From contig CAVQSP010000011.1 of the NCBI GenBank assembly GCA_963715985.1, forward strand, positions 576,001 to 640,000: a stretch of 64,000 bases of DNA, written 5' to 3'. Positions 10,344-21,714 of this stretch are shown one piece after another (positions within the stretch are counted from its first letter, which is position 1; each line of letters begins with the position of its first letter). The stretch is from an uncultured Thermoleophilia bacterium (GTDB taxonomy: Bacteria; Actinomycetota; Thermoleophilia; UBA2241). A program made the position numbers and the translations under genes. The notes under the pieces were generated by a model that saw only the letters and a program-made list of their open reading frames with translations, searched no databases and was not told the origin of the DNA.

Positions 10344-11349
10344 TCACGCGTCAGCGCGCCGGCTGCCGTGCGGAACGTAGCAGTCGCCGGCGACCGCGCC
10401 CATGACCAAGGTCAAGCCGGCGCGGCCGGATCGGAGCAGTGGCCGCTTCAGTCGGGGTCGGCGGACGCACGCTTGCGGAGGAACCGTACCGCGTGCAAAG
10501 CCGCCACCTGACCCTCGCCCACGGCCTTGGCCGTCTGATAGGGCTCTCCCGTACAGTCGCCCGCCGCGAAGACTCCGGGGATCGCGGTCTCCATGGCGTC
10601 TGTCGACGGTCACGTGGCGGCCGTCGGAGGCCAGGCCGTCGAGGAGGGTGTGGGGAGCGACGCTGTTCTTGTAGATGAACACCGCGTCGACCTGCAGGTC
10701 CTCACCGGGCAAGCGACACGAGCATGTGACCGTCCACCCGCGCCAGCCGCGTCGGTCGCGCGCCGGGCAGCACCCTCACGCCCTCGGGGAGGCGGTAGTC
10801 GCCCTTGTAGAGGGGCAGGAAGGTGACGTCGACGCCGAAGTCCTCGGCCAGCGCCGAGGCCTCCTCCTCGCCCTGAGGGGAGTAGCTGACGAAGGCCGCC
10901 CGGCGCCCGGCGAACAGCCTGCCGTCGCAGGTGACGCAGTAGCTCACGCCCTGGCCCACGAGCTCCTCTTCACCCTCGATCCCGGGCTCGCGGTACACGC
11001 CCGTGGCGAGCACGACGGCGCCGGCGCGGTACATCTCGCGTTCGCTGAACACGACGAACCCGTCCTCGTCGGGGATGATCTTGCCGACCTTCTCCCCGAT
11101 GAGAGGCACGCCGAACTCCTCGAGGTGGCGCATGAACGACGCCGCCAGCTCCTCTCCGCTCGCCGAGATGAAGCCGAGGTAGTTCTCGATGGAGGGCGCC
11201 TTGCGGATGCGGCCACACGGCGCCTGGCCGTCCATCACGGCCACCGTGCGTCTGCGGCCGGCCACGTTGACGGCGGCCGAGATGCCCGCCGGCCCCGACC
11301 CCACGACGATGACGTCGTAGTCTGACGACCTCTCTGCGGGTTGTTCCAT
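10344..11349 (-). CDS. Thioredoxin-reductase-like NAD(P)/FAD oxidoreductase (indels)
   Basis: VVGSGPAG, IENYLGF, VLATG, GVSYCVTCDG, GVFAAGDCTG. Confidence 0.85.
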
Positions 11350-11446
11350 GAGGATCCTTCTTCCGCTGCTGTGAGCCCCACCCATCGGGGCCCGCCGCAA
11401 CGAGAGATACCCCCGGGGGGCACCCCGGGAAACGGCCCGCGGCAGG

Positions 11447-12410
11447 TCACACGGTGATGACCACGTTCCCCGTCTTCTGCCCCGTCTCCACGTACTCGAA
11501 GGCCTCGACGGTGCGCTCCAGCGGGTACCGCCGGTCGATGACCGCCTTGTACCGGCCGGCCTCGACGAGCTGCTTGAAGAAGAGCACGTTCTCCTTGCTC
11601 ACCTTGGGGATCGGGAACCTGATCCTCTTGCCGCCGATCCCGGGGGTCCACAACGACAGCAGGGGGTTCTGAGCAAGGAAGCCGAGCTCCGACGAGATGT
11701 AGACGCCACCGTCGTCCAGCAGGTCCTGGCACCGCCGGAACGAGCTCTTGCCGACCGCGTCGTACACGGCGTCGTACCGCCGCCCGACCCTGGTGAAGTC
11801 CTCTCGCGTGTAGTCGATGACCGTAGCGGCGCCCAAGGACCTCAGCAGCTCCATGTTCTGCCCCCGGCACACCGCCGTCACGTCCGCCCCGTAGTAGCCG
11901 GCGAGCTGCACGGCGGCGGAACCGATGGAGCCGTCGGCGCCGTTGACGAGGATCCGCAGTCCGTCCCGGCGCGGCGTCCTGCGGATGAAGGCGATGGCGA
12001 GCATCGCCCCGTCGCAGACGACGGCGGCCTCCTCGTAGTCCATGGCCGCCGGCTTCGTCGTGATGGGAGCGTCCTCCGGCAGGCACACGTACTCGGCGTG
12101 AGCGCCGAAGTGCAGACCGGTCAGCCCGAAGACCTGGTCGCCCGGCGCGAACGACGTGACCCCCTTGCCTGCCGCCTCCACCTCGCCGGCCAGCTCGCTG
12201 CCCAGGATCGTCGCCTTGGGCTTGAGGGGGCCGCTGACCGCCCTGGCGAAGAAGGGTTCACCGCGGAGGAAGCCGCAGTCGGTGCGGTTCACGGTGGTCG
12301 CGCGGACGCGGATCAGCACCTCATCGTCTTTCGGGAACCGGCTTTGCCACGTCCGTGAACCGAAGAATGCCCGGTGGGCCGTATCTGGTGTGCACGATCG
12401 CCTTCATCAT
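11447..12410 (-). CDS. MDR-family NAD(P)-dependent alcohol dehydrogenase/quinone reductase (indel near 12330)
   Basis: MKAIVHTRYGPP...VLIRVRATTVN...GSELAGEV...YDAVGK...GQKTGNVVI. Confidence 0.9.
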
Positions 12411-12503
12411 GGCTCCAAGCCTGAGTCGCCTGGGACGAGTCTACCTTGGAGCCCGTCGCTCACGCACGAGCACCTCTCGGCAGGGCGACCGGCGCGCGCC
12501 GAA

Positions 12504-14956
12504 TCAGTACTCCTGCTCGGCGAACGCCCCTTCGACCATGCCTTCGAGGTCGCCGTCCAAGGCGGGCTCTTCCCCAGTGGGCCCTGACGCCTCGCCCTCG
12601 TCTCTCCCCAGCAGCGCCGACCTGCCACGTATCATCGCATCGAACGCCTTGACCTTGAGGCGGGTGCGCGTCGCTTCGATGCGGCTGCGCATCTCCGCTT
12701 GATCGATCGTGTCGCCGGCCCGCACCCTGGGCTCTGTCGGCGCGGCGGACGCTTCGGTGGCGAGCTCGTCCGCGGAGGGCTCTTCGGCTCCGATCGTGGC
12801 GTTCCGCGGTGTCCGGCGGCACGCTTGCCTCGACAGGCGGTCCGCCCGCGCCTCGCCCTCGGCGCCGCCAGGGTGCCGCTCCTGCTCGTCTCCCATGGCC
12901 GGGTCGCCGGCTCGCTGCCTCGACGCCAGGAGGTCGGCATCGGCGGCGGCGGCCAATCCACTCGCGTCGGGTGCGTCCTCGGGGTAGGTGGCGATGCCGA
13001 AGCCTGACGCGAGATCGGGACTTGTTCGCCTGTCTCCGTCACATAGGGCGTCTCTGCGAGCGCCGCGCAGAGCTCCTCGGCGAACAGGGCCGCCTGAGCG
13101 GCCGTGGCCTCGGCCAGGATCAGGAGGAACTTGTCGCCCGCCCAGCGGCCGACGACATCATCGGCTCCCGTCCGCTCCGACAGCAGCGCGGCGACCAGCC
13201 GCAGCACTTCGTCGCCGGCGGGGTGGCCGTAGGTGTCGTTGAGGGATTTGAGGCCGTCGAGGCCGAGCATGACCGCGCTGAAGTGGCTGCCCTGGTCTTC
13301 GGCCCGGGCCTGCTCGAGGGCGAGGGACTCGTGGAGCTCGCGATGGCTGGCGAGGCCCGTCATCGCGTCGGCCTCGTTCAGGCGGCCCAGACGACGCAGA
13401 AGCCTGGCGCCGGCCACCGCCTCACCGGCCAGCCCGGCCAGCGCGCTCGCCACAGCCAGATCCTCTTCCGGGAACGCTCGCTCCCGCTCCGCGTCCCCGA
13501 AGACCAGCAGGCCCACCGGCCCGTCGGTGGACGGCATGGGGACGGTCAGACGGCTCTTCTCGCCCCGACTGTCCAGATCCGCGCGGACGGCCGGATCCAG
13601 CTCGCGGTCGGAGAGGAGTTCGAGCAGGGAGCGACCCGATTCGAGCACGGTGTGGCCCATCGGATCCTCTGCCAGCGGCAAGGGCTCCCCCGACCGGTCG
13701 CAGCCGCCGGGCGTCCTCTCCCACCTCGCCCGCATGACGATGGCCTCGAGCTCGAGGTCATGTTCGTACGCCACGCACTCGGAGACCCCGAGTGCTTCAC
13801 CGGCGCAGCGCGTGACGACGGCGAGCGCCTCCTCCAGGCTCGCGCCGACGGCGACCGCGCGACTCGACTCGTCCAATGAGGCCAGCCTGCGGTCGCCTTC
13901 TTGCTGCGCCCGCATGATGTCCGCGTCGTGGAGCGCAATGGCGATGAGCCTGCAGACCGAGACGACGGTCGAGACCTGCTCGGGCGTGATCGCACGGCCC
14001 TCGCGGGTCTCACTGATCTCGACCAGGCCGATGGCCTCGCCCCTGGCGACGAGCGGCACGATGAGCATCGCCTGCTCCCGCCACGCGCGCATCTCCTCGC
14101 GCTCCACCGCGCCGAGGCGCGGATCGGCGGGTGATGCGATGAGGACCGGCTCCTTCGTGAGCACCGCCTTCGCGTCGATGGCCCACACGTCCTGCTCCGG
14201 GCGAAGGCCCAGGTAGTCGGGGTGGGGCTCGTGGTCGTAGAGGCTCGCCAGACAGACGAGGCCGCCGCCCTCGGTCAGGCGATAGAGGTCGCAGTCGGGG
14301 AGATCTGCGACCTCACTCAGATGCCGGGCGATGGACGACCAGAGCTCGTCCGGATCCGCGGCGGAGGCAAGCTCCGCGCCGATGGCGTTCACCGCGGCGC
14401 GGACCCGCCGCAAGGCCACCCGGCTGAGCTGCAGTCTGGTCGAGAGCCATGCCAGCAGCTCGCCGACCACGAGGCAGGCCAAGCCGACGTACAGCGCGGA
14501 GGCCAGGGCGGGACCCGAGAGCTGACCCGCGGAGACAAGGGGCAGCAAGTACGCGACCGCGAACAGTGGTAGTGCCATCAGCGCCGTCCCCCGCGGGAAC
14601 GCGACGCCGATCCCGGCGAAGAGCAGGACGAACAAGACGCTGTAGAGGCGGACGTCGGGGCTCGCGAACGCGATCTGGAGCGCGACCAACGCGAGCCCCA
14701 CCGGGACCAGGAACAGCCCGGCCCAGCGAGGCCATCTGTTCCACGGCAGGAGCCAAGTCAGCAGGCCCGCGCCCGCGGCGACCGCGGCGGCGACGTAGGC
14801 GAGACCCGGCTGGTCCCCGGGAGTCGCGGGCCACACGAGACCGACGAGGCTGGAGACTCCGCAGAGCCAGAAGAGGACGGCGGCCGCTCGCCCCGCCAGG
14901 ATCCTGGACGGCCATGCGCCGGCCAGACCGTCTTCTCCGGCGTCGCCCTGCCGCAT
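12504..14956 (-). CDS. Membrane sensor with two GAF domains and a degenerate GGDEF domain (indel near 13010)
   Basis: Several TM helices, LIVPLVARGEAIGLVEI GAF motif, SLNDTYGHPAGDEVL, RWAGDKF. Confidence 0.85.
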
Positions 14957-15043
14957 ACCCTCACGCCACTGCGCCAGCAGTGCACCCACCAAACGCCCTC
15001 CCCTGCGGTCGGTCACAAACGCCGCAGCCTCTGCTGACAACAC

Positions 15044-15071
15044 TCATCGGCCGCCTCACGGAGCGCCTTGA
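15044..15071 (-). promoter_or_regulatory. Sigma-28 (FliA/WhiG)-like promoter
   Basis: TCAA-N16-GCCGATGA on the minus strand. Confidence 0.5.
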
Positions 15072-15296
15072 ATCCAAGCGCCGGGCGTGCGCTGAGAGCA
15101 ACGAATCGGCAGTCCGCAGGTCCGACGTGTGGCGAGGGAGGTGCCCCCGCCGGTCAGTCGCCCTTGGGATGAGGGAACGCGAACCCAGCCAATAGTTGCG
15201 CCGCGATGCCCCACGCACGTGCCGAGCGCCACCGGTTGGCCCCGGTCGCGAAGATGGGTCACAGGGCGCGGGCGAGGCGGCAACGTCCCGCCGCGC

Positions 15297-15323
15297 TCAA
15301 GGGGCGTCGCAACTGGTCGATAG
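15297..15323 (+). promoter_or_regulatory. Sigma-28 (FliA/WhiG)-like promoter
   Basis: TCAA-N15-GTCGATAG, 10 bp before the ATG. Confidence 0.45.
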
Positions 15324-15332
15324 ACGCAGGAG

Positions 15333-16959
15333 ATGCTGATGCAGCTCCACTACACGCCCTTCATCGTGCCGCTCGCGGTCTCGGCGCTCTTCTGCCTCGC
15401 CATGCTCGCCGTCGCCTGGCTCAACCGCAGGGAAGCGGTGGCGCCGTGGTTCGCGGCCACGCTGCTCGCCCTGCTCGCCTGGACGGTCGGCTACATCTTC
15501 GAGCTCATGGCCCGCGGCCTGCAGGCGAAGATCGCCTGGGCGAACCTCGAGTACGTCGCCACCATCGCCCTGCCCGTGTTCTGGCTCCAGGTCGTGCTCG
15601 TCTACACGCGGCATCGCGGCCTCTCGCGGCGCAGCTGGCTGGTGCTGGGCCTGCTCGGAGCCGCCCTCCTTCTCGGCATCTTCCTCAATCCCGCCGGGCT
15701 CTTCCGCGACCGCACCAGCGCTCGCCAGGCACGGCTCGCTCACGGCTCTGCACCCTGAATACGGCCCCCTCTGGAGCCTTGGCTGGGTTCCCTTCGCCTA
15801 CGGCCTCCTGCTCGTCGCCGCCTTCCTGCTCGTGCGCGCCCTGCGCCACTCGCAGGGCTTCCAGGTGCGGCAGTCGCTCGCCCTGCTCGCCGCCTCGCTG
15901 CTGCCCCTCGCCGCCGGCACCGTCTACGCCCTCGGCCTCTCACCGTGGCCCGACTACAACCCGGCGATGGCGGTGCTCAGCGCCTCCGGCCTGCTGATGG
16001 CCTACGCCCTCTTCTCCTCGCGCCTCTTCGCGCTGGCGCCGCTCGCCCGCGATGCCGTGGTCGAATGCCTGGCCGACGGCGTCCTCGTCGTCGACCGCCG
16101 CGGCCGGCTGGTCGACGCGAACCCCGCGGCGCGGGCCGCCTTCCCCGAGCTTGCCGGCGCGCGCCTCGGCGAGCCCCTGGCCGCGCTCCTGGGCGGGCGC
16201 GAGGACGTCCTGCGCATCGTCGCTGAAGCGCTCGCCGCCCTCGAGCACGACCCCTGCGAGCGGCCCCGTGCACTGGGCCTCGTGGAGGTCGAGATCAGGT
16301 TGGCCAGCTCGAGCGCCGCCGCCGCGCGCATCTACAGCTCGGTCGTGACCCAGGTGCGCGGCGGCTCCGGCCGGCCCCTCGGGCTCGCCCTCGTGCTGCG
16401 CGACGTCTCCGAGCGCGTCGGGCTCCTCGACGAGGCGCGACGCCTGGCCACGACCGACGCCCTGACCGGCGTGCTCACGCGGCGCCGTCTGCTCGAGCTC
16501 GGCGCACAGGCGGTGCAGCAGGCGGCGCGGCGCGGGCTCCCCTTGAGCGTGCTCGTCGTCGACGTCGATCACTTGAAGCAGGTGAACGACAGCCAGGGTC
16601 ATGCCCGAGGCGACCGCCTGCTGACGGCGGTCGCCGCCGCCAGCCGCAGCGTGCTGCGCGAGGGCGACCTGCTCGGTCGCCTGGGCGGCGATGAGTTCTG
16701 CGTGCTCCTGCCCGGCGCCGACGGCGAAGAAGCGCGGGGCATCGCCGAGCGCGTCCGCTTCGCCACGAGCGTCTCCTGGGAGGCGGGCGCGGCGAGCCCG
16801 CGGCATGCGAGCGTGAGCATCGGGGTCGCCACCTGCGACGAGGTGGCCGCGAACGACTTCGCGGGCCTCCTGGAGGCCGCCGACCGCGCCCTCTACGCCG
16901 CGAAGGACGGCGGACGCGACCGGGTCGCGGTGACCGCCGTGGCGGGGACGCCGCGCTAA
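15333..16959 (+). CDS. HisKA_7TM-PAS-GGDEF diguanylate cyclase (indels near 15720-15790)
   Basis: 7TM N-terminus, APLARDAVVE..DGVLVVD PAS, DVDHLKQVND, GRLGGDEF. Confidence 0.9.
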
Positions 16960-17317
16960 GTCGGCCTCGGGGCCACCGGACCTACGTGCGGCGGGCAGGG
17001 GCAGCGTGGGCAGCATGGCTCCCGCGCACCTGACCACGCTCCTTTCCGCTCCCCAAGTTCTTGAAGCCGCCCTTGGTACGCGCTCATGATGAGTGCGGAG
17101 GAGGAGCAGGAGGTGGAGCGCCACGAGCGCGGCGAGGCCTCCGACCAGACGGGAATGGCGCATCTTGTTGCCTTCTTTCGTGACCGGGCGCTGTCGCCTG
17201 GTCTCGAGGTGGGCGCCTTGATGACGCCGCGGCAGCTGGACTCTGGAGAGACCCAGGGGCGCAGCCGCTCAGGTGTGGGGATCCCGTCGGCGCCAGAAGG
17301 CACGCCCGGAGGCGTTC

Positions 17318-17530
17318 CTAGCGGAGCAGCTCGAGCTCATCCCATGCGGACTCAGGCACGGTCACGAGGCGGCTTGGCGCGCCGCTCTTCGCGGGGATGC
17401 TGACGACGACAGATGCCTGCTCATCGGCATGCCCCTCGACGATGCGTCCCTCTTCGCCCTTGTAGCGGACGTGCCGGCCGATCAGGTCCTCAAGCCTCAC
17501 ATGGCCTCCGTTGGCGTGAAAGGAGCCCAC
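17318..17530 (-). CDS. Small hypothetical protein
   Basis: VRLEDLIGRHVRYKGEEGRIVEG...WDELELLR; GGAGG RBS before the internal GTG, so the real start is probably near 17500. Confidence 0.55.
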   Translation of the reverse strand: MGSFHANGGHVRLEDLIGRHVRYKGEEGRIVEGHADEQASVVVSIPAKSGAPSRLVTVPESAWDELELLR

Positions 17531-17664
17531 CAGTTCGGGCGGCCGGCGGCGGCACAGCGGTGAGCGTCCTGCTTCTCAGGGTAGCACCGCTGAGCCCCAA
17601 CGCCGCGTCTCGTCGGCAGAACCTCGCGACGAAGTTCGACGCGTGCTCGAGCGTCGACCGGACA

Positions 17665-19512
17665 TCAGAGGCTGCGCCATCCCGCGGCGAGCCGTGGGAA
17701 CCGGGTCTGCGCCGCCGCGACTGCCCGGAGCGCCTCCTGGAGGTTGGCGCGGGTGAGGGGTCGCAGGGCGCCCGTGTCGATGGTGTTGTCGGGCGGGTGC
17801 CCCTCGCGAACTGCGTCGGCGTGGTGCTCCAGCTGCAGCTGTTTGATCGTCAGGTACGCCTCACGCAGCGTGCGCACGCACTCGGCACTCTCCGCGTCGA
17901 GGTCGCGGGTCGCGGCCAGACGGTCCAGGGTCGCCTGGATCGTGATGCCGCGCGACAAGGCGTGGTAGCGCGCCAGGTTCTGGATGGGCAGGAGGCCACC
18001 CTTCTTGATGTCGACCAAGGGGTCCAGCTTCTTCCGGAACCCCCCGATGGAGGGGGAGAAGTCCGAGCCGAGGCGCGAGAGCCAGTGCAGGAACTGGCGG
18101 TGCTCGGGTGCCTCACGCATGACGTCGCTCAGCGCCTGCTCCACGTACAGCCGGCCGGCCGCCTGGCGGTAGTCGAAGCACACGCTGGCGCTCATCACAC
18201 GCTTGACGTCGTTGCCTTCCAGGCAGCTCGAGAAGACCTTCCTCCAGCCGGAGAGCGTCCTGCGCCACAGCTTGACGCTGGCCAGGACGGCGTGGGAGTC
18301 GGGCTCGAAGCCGCAGCGGGTGAGGCCGCCGTTGACGTCCTCGGCCACGCGGCCGAAGTACTCATCGACGGCGGGGTCGTCGGTGTCGGCGTAGGCGAGC
18401 CCGTTGTCCTGGTCCGAGGCGAGCGTGAGCTCGTTGCGTGCGGCGCTGCCGAAGACGAGCCAGGCGTAGTCCAGCGGCGGCGCGCCGTGGCGTGCGAAGG
18501 CCAGCTCGAGGAGGCGCACGGTCAGGGAGTCGTGGAGGATCGTGAGCACCCGGCAGATCAGCGGCGCGTCGAGGCGGGCGTCGAGAAGGTCGACGAACAG
18601 CTGGGGGATGTCGGCAGCCGCCGCGACGAGCTCGTCCTCGTCGCGGGCCCGGTGCAGGGCGCGGCGCAGGGCGAACGGGTTGCGCGCCTCGAGGCTCATG
18701 AGGTCGCCGGCGGAGACCATGCCGACCACGGTGCCGTCGGGGGCGAGCACCGGCAGGTGGTTCACGCCGAAGGTCAGCATCGTGATGCCGGCCTCGGCGG
18801 CGAGGGTCTCGGCGCCGATCGTGTGCACCGGAGTCGACATGATGGCGCTCACCGGCGCCTCGCGGGAGACGCCGCCGGCGACGACCTTCTCGCGCAGGTC
18901 GACGTCGGTGACGATGCCGAGCCCCTCCCGCGTGCGCACAAGGACGGCCGAGCGGCCGTCGGCGCTCATCATCGTGGCGGCCGCGCTGATCGTGGTCTCC
19001 GGGTCGCACATCTGCGCTGCGCCGCGCACCATGGCGGTCACGGGCAGCGTCTGCACCTCCGGCAGCGGGCTCAGGGAGCGCGCCGCGTAGAGCAGCGCGT
19101 CGCGCTGGGTCGTCGCCAGCCAGCGCACCCCGTCCTCCCGGCTGAGCAGCTCGAGGCCGAGCTCGCCGGGGATGCAGTAGAGCGTGCACTCGGCGCGCGC
19201 CCGCACCGTGAAGGCCGGCGCGGTGCGCGTGAGCAGGCTGGCGTAGCCGAGGAGCTCGCCGCTCGTCATCACGGTGACCAGGTGGTCCCTGCGGAGGAGG
19301 TCGAGGGCGCCGTCGCGCAGCACCCAGAGCTGCGTGCTGGGATGGCCGCCCTCGACGATCATCGTCTCGCCGGCAGCGAGCTCGCGGTGCGTCACCGCGG
19401 CCGCGACCCGCGCGAGCTGCTCGCTGTCCAGCGTCCTGAACGCCTCGACGCCGGACAGGAAGGTCGCGATGTCCTCGAGGCTCTCGCCCTGGTCGACCGG
19501 TCTCTCGCTCAT
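17665..19512 (-). CDS. cNMP-binding/CBS/nucleotidyltransferase (DUF294) signalling protein
   Basis: cNMP domain, CBS pair (GIVTDVDLR), FGSAARNELTLASDQDNGL, DIKKGGLLPI. Confidence 0.9.
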   Translation of the reverse strand: MSERPVDQGESLEDIATFLSGVEAFRTLDSEQLARVAAAVTHRELAAGETMIVEGGHPSTQLWVLRDGALDLLRRDHLVTVMTSGELLGYASLLTRTAPAFTVRARAECTLYCIPGELGLELLSREDGVRWLATTQRDALLYAARSLSPLPEVQTLPVTAMVRGAAQMCDPETTISAAATMMSADGRSAVLVRTREGLGIVTDVDLREKVVAGGVSREAPVSAIMSTPVHTIGAETLAAEAGITMLTFGVNHLPVLAPDGTVVGMVSAGDLMSLEARNPFALRRALHRARDEDELVAAAADIPQLFVDLLDARLDAPLICRVLTILHDSLTVRLLELAFARHGAPPLDYAWLVFGSAARNELTLASDQDNGLAYADTDDPAVDEYFGRVAEDVNGGLTRCGFEPDSHAVLASVKLWRRTLSGWRKVFSSCLEGNDVKRVMSASVCFDYRQAAGRLYVEQALSDVMREAPEHRQFLHWLSRLGSDFSPSIGGFRKKLDPLVDIKKGGLLPIQNLARYHALSRGITIQATLDRLAATRDLDAESAECVRTLREAYLTIKQLQLEHHADAVREGHPPDNTIDTGALRPLTRANLQEALRAVAAAQTRFPRLAAGWRSL

Positions 19513-19830
19513 GGACGCACCGCCCAGTGCTGCGTCGCGCCGGATGCCTCCACCATGCCCTGCGGCCTTCGTCTCACGGCTTCCTCCCTGAGGATCCCTG
19601 GAACAGCTTCGTCCACGCCAGCTCCGCGTGGAACGATAGTACTCCCAGCAATGGACCACGGGGGATCGCTCAGATGGGGGTCTCCCGTCAGATGGGGGGT
19701 CTGCGCCCTCCCCACGCGCTCGACTCCTCGAGGGGATGGCGACGCAAGCGGCTGTGACGAGGCGTCCTGTCGGCAGTGCGCCGGCAGCGGATCGCGCCCC
19801 GTGCGATGGCGGCGCGCCAAGACTCTCGCC

Positions 19831-21714
19831 TCACATCTCGGAGGTCATGATTGGGGCCGCTGCTTGTCCACTCGCCCCACCCGCGGCCTTCACCTCGAGC
19901 GAGAGCCGCTCCTCCAGCGCGGTGAGCAGCTCCACGGCCTCCGCGCTGAGGCCCGGCTGCCTCGCGCGCCCGCGGATGACGGCGAGCAGGTCGTTGAGGG
20001 CGGCCAGGCGGTCCGCGCTCCCCGGTGTCCGTAGGGCGAAGGCGACGATGCCGTCGAGCACGCGGGGGTGGACCAGGTCCGGCCCGAGGGTGGCGAGGAC
20101 GCCGGCGCGCTCGAGCAGGTCCCGCGTGTCTGGGCGCAGGCCGCACAGCCACAGCTCGATGGCTTCACCGGCAAGACGCTGCCGCAGGTCGTCGAGGGCG
20201 TCGACCACGGGCACGTCGGCTTCCGGCGTCAGCCCCAGGTCGAGCAGGACGACCGACGGGCGCGGGTCGGCCCCCGCGACGGCCTCGACGATCTCGTCGC
20301 GCACCGCAGCGACGTTGGCGAAGAAGAGCATCTCGTCGGGACGCACGATGAGCAGGCCCGGGATCGCCGCCTCCGGCGCCGTGCGCAGATCGACCGGCTC
20401 GAGGCCGCCGCGGGCCCGGCCGAGGAAGGTGAGGCGCGGCTGGCTCGATCGCCAGACCAGCATCAGCAGCGAGACGACGACGGCGATCGCCAGCGCCGGC
20501 AGGGTAGGCATCACGAGCACGCCGGCGAGGGCGATCAGCGCCAGCCAGAAGTCGGCGCGCCGCAGCCGCCACAGCTGGCGCATCTTGCCGACCTTCATCA
20601 TCCCCGCCACGGCGACGATGACGATGGCGCCGAGCGTCGCCTCGGGGAGTGGTTCGAACAGCGGCGTCAGGAACAGGGCCACCAGGGCGGTGGCCGCCGC
20701 GGCCGTGATCAGCGAGGCGGGCGTCTTGGCTCCCGCGCGATCGTTGGCGGCCGACTTGGAGAGCGACGAGCCGATCGGAAAGCCGGAGAAGAGGCCGGCG
20801 CCCGTGTTGGCGGCGCCGAGGGCGATCAGCTCCCGGTTCGGGTCGACCTTGCCGCCGTGCAGGCGCGCGAACTCGTTGGCCGGCCCGATCGCCTCCGCGA
20901 ACGCGACCAGGGCGATCCCCAGCGCCCCGCCGAGCAACTGGGGCACGGCATCCAGGCCGACGCCCGGCAGCGAGGGGCCGGCGAGGCCGGCGGGCAGCGG
21001 GCCGACCACCGTGACGCCGTGCGCCTCGAGGCCCACCGCGACCGAGACGGCGATCGAGCCGAGGAGGACGAGCAGCGCCGCCGGGAGCTTGGGCAGCCGC
21101 CGCTCGAGCACGATCATCGCCAAGATGCAGGCCGCGCCCACCGCCAGCGTCAGCAAGTCGGCTTCCTTGACGTGCGGCAGCATGTCCCGGATCAGAGCGA
21201 TCGCGGTGTCGCCATGGGCCTCGATGCCGAGGATCTTGGGGATCTGCTTGATGGTGATCAGCAAGGCGAGCCCGAACACGAAGCCGACGAGCACCGACTG
21301 CGAGAAGAACTGGGCGATGCGCCCGAGCCTGAGGACCCCGAACGCGATAGAGACGAGGCCGGCCAGCACCGCCAGAGCGGCGGTGAGGGCGATGTACTCG
21401 GCGCTGCCGGCGGTCGCGAGCTCCGAGATCGTCGCGGCCGACATGATCGCGACGGCCGAGGAGACGGCCACCACCAGCTGGCGCGAGCTGCCCAGCACCG
21501 CGTAGGCGAGCAGCCCGATCGGCGCCGCGTAGAACGCGTACTCCGGGGGGACGCCGGCCAGCTGCGCGTACGCCATGCCCTCCGGGACGAGGATGCCGCA
21601 CACGGTGAGCCCGGCGATGACATCGAAGCGCAGCCAGCTCCGCTTGTAGCCGGGCACCCACTGGAGGATCGGCCAGGTATGCCGCGTCGCTCGCCGTGCT
21701 GAAGGCTCTGTCAT
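19831..21714 (-). CDS. SulP family anion permease with STAS domain
   Basis: DVIAGLTV..ILVPEGMAYAQLAG, DPNRELIALG, SLSKSA, LFFANV. Confidence 0.95.
   Translation of the reverse strand: MTEPSARRATRHTWPILQWVPGYKRSWLRFDVIAGLTVCGILVPEGMAYAQLAGVPPEYAFYAAPIGLLAYAVLGSSRQLVVAVSSAVAIMSAATISELATAGSAEYIALTAALAVLAGLVSIAFGVLRLGRIAQFFSQSVLVGFVFGLALLITIKQIPKILGIEAHGDTAIALIRDMLPHVKEADLLTLAVGAACILAMIVLERRLPKLPAALLVLLGSIAVSVAVGLEAHGVTVVGPLPAGLAGPSLPGVGLDAVPQLLGGALGIALVAFAEAIGPANEFARLHGGKVDPNRELIALGAANTGAGLFSGFPIGSSLSKSAANDRAGAKTPASLITAAAATALVALFLTPLFEPLPEATLGAIVIVAVAGMMKVGKMRQLWRLRRADFWLALIALAGVLVMPTLPALAIAVVVSLLMLVWRSSQPRLTFLGRARGGLEPVDLRTAPEAAIPGLLIVRPDEMLFFANVAAVRDEIVEAVAGADPRPSVVLLDLGLTPEADVPVVDALDDLRQRLAGEAIELWLCGLRPDTRDLLERAGVLATLGPDLVHPRVLDGIVAFALRTPGSADRLAALNDLLAVIRGRARQPGLSAEAVELLTALEERLSLEVKAAGGASGQAAAPIMTSEM

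Noticed and set aside
15072-15296. c-di-GMP riboswitch between the GGDEF genes
   Set aside because: No GEMM-type GGCAAAC/GCAAAGC signature visible; an Rfam scan would be decisive.
16956-17163. Small membrane peptide with a CCPRCPCPP tail on the minus strand
   Set aside because: Requires assuming a frameshift and has no recognisable family support.
17413-21702. Long plus-strand ORFs (873, 589, 544 aa)
   Set aside because: Antisense shadows of the DUF294 and SulP genes, typical of high-GC DNA; the same applies to most other overlapping ORFs in the track.
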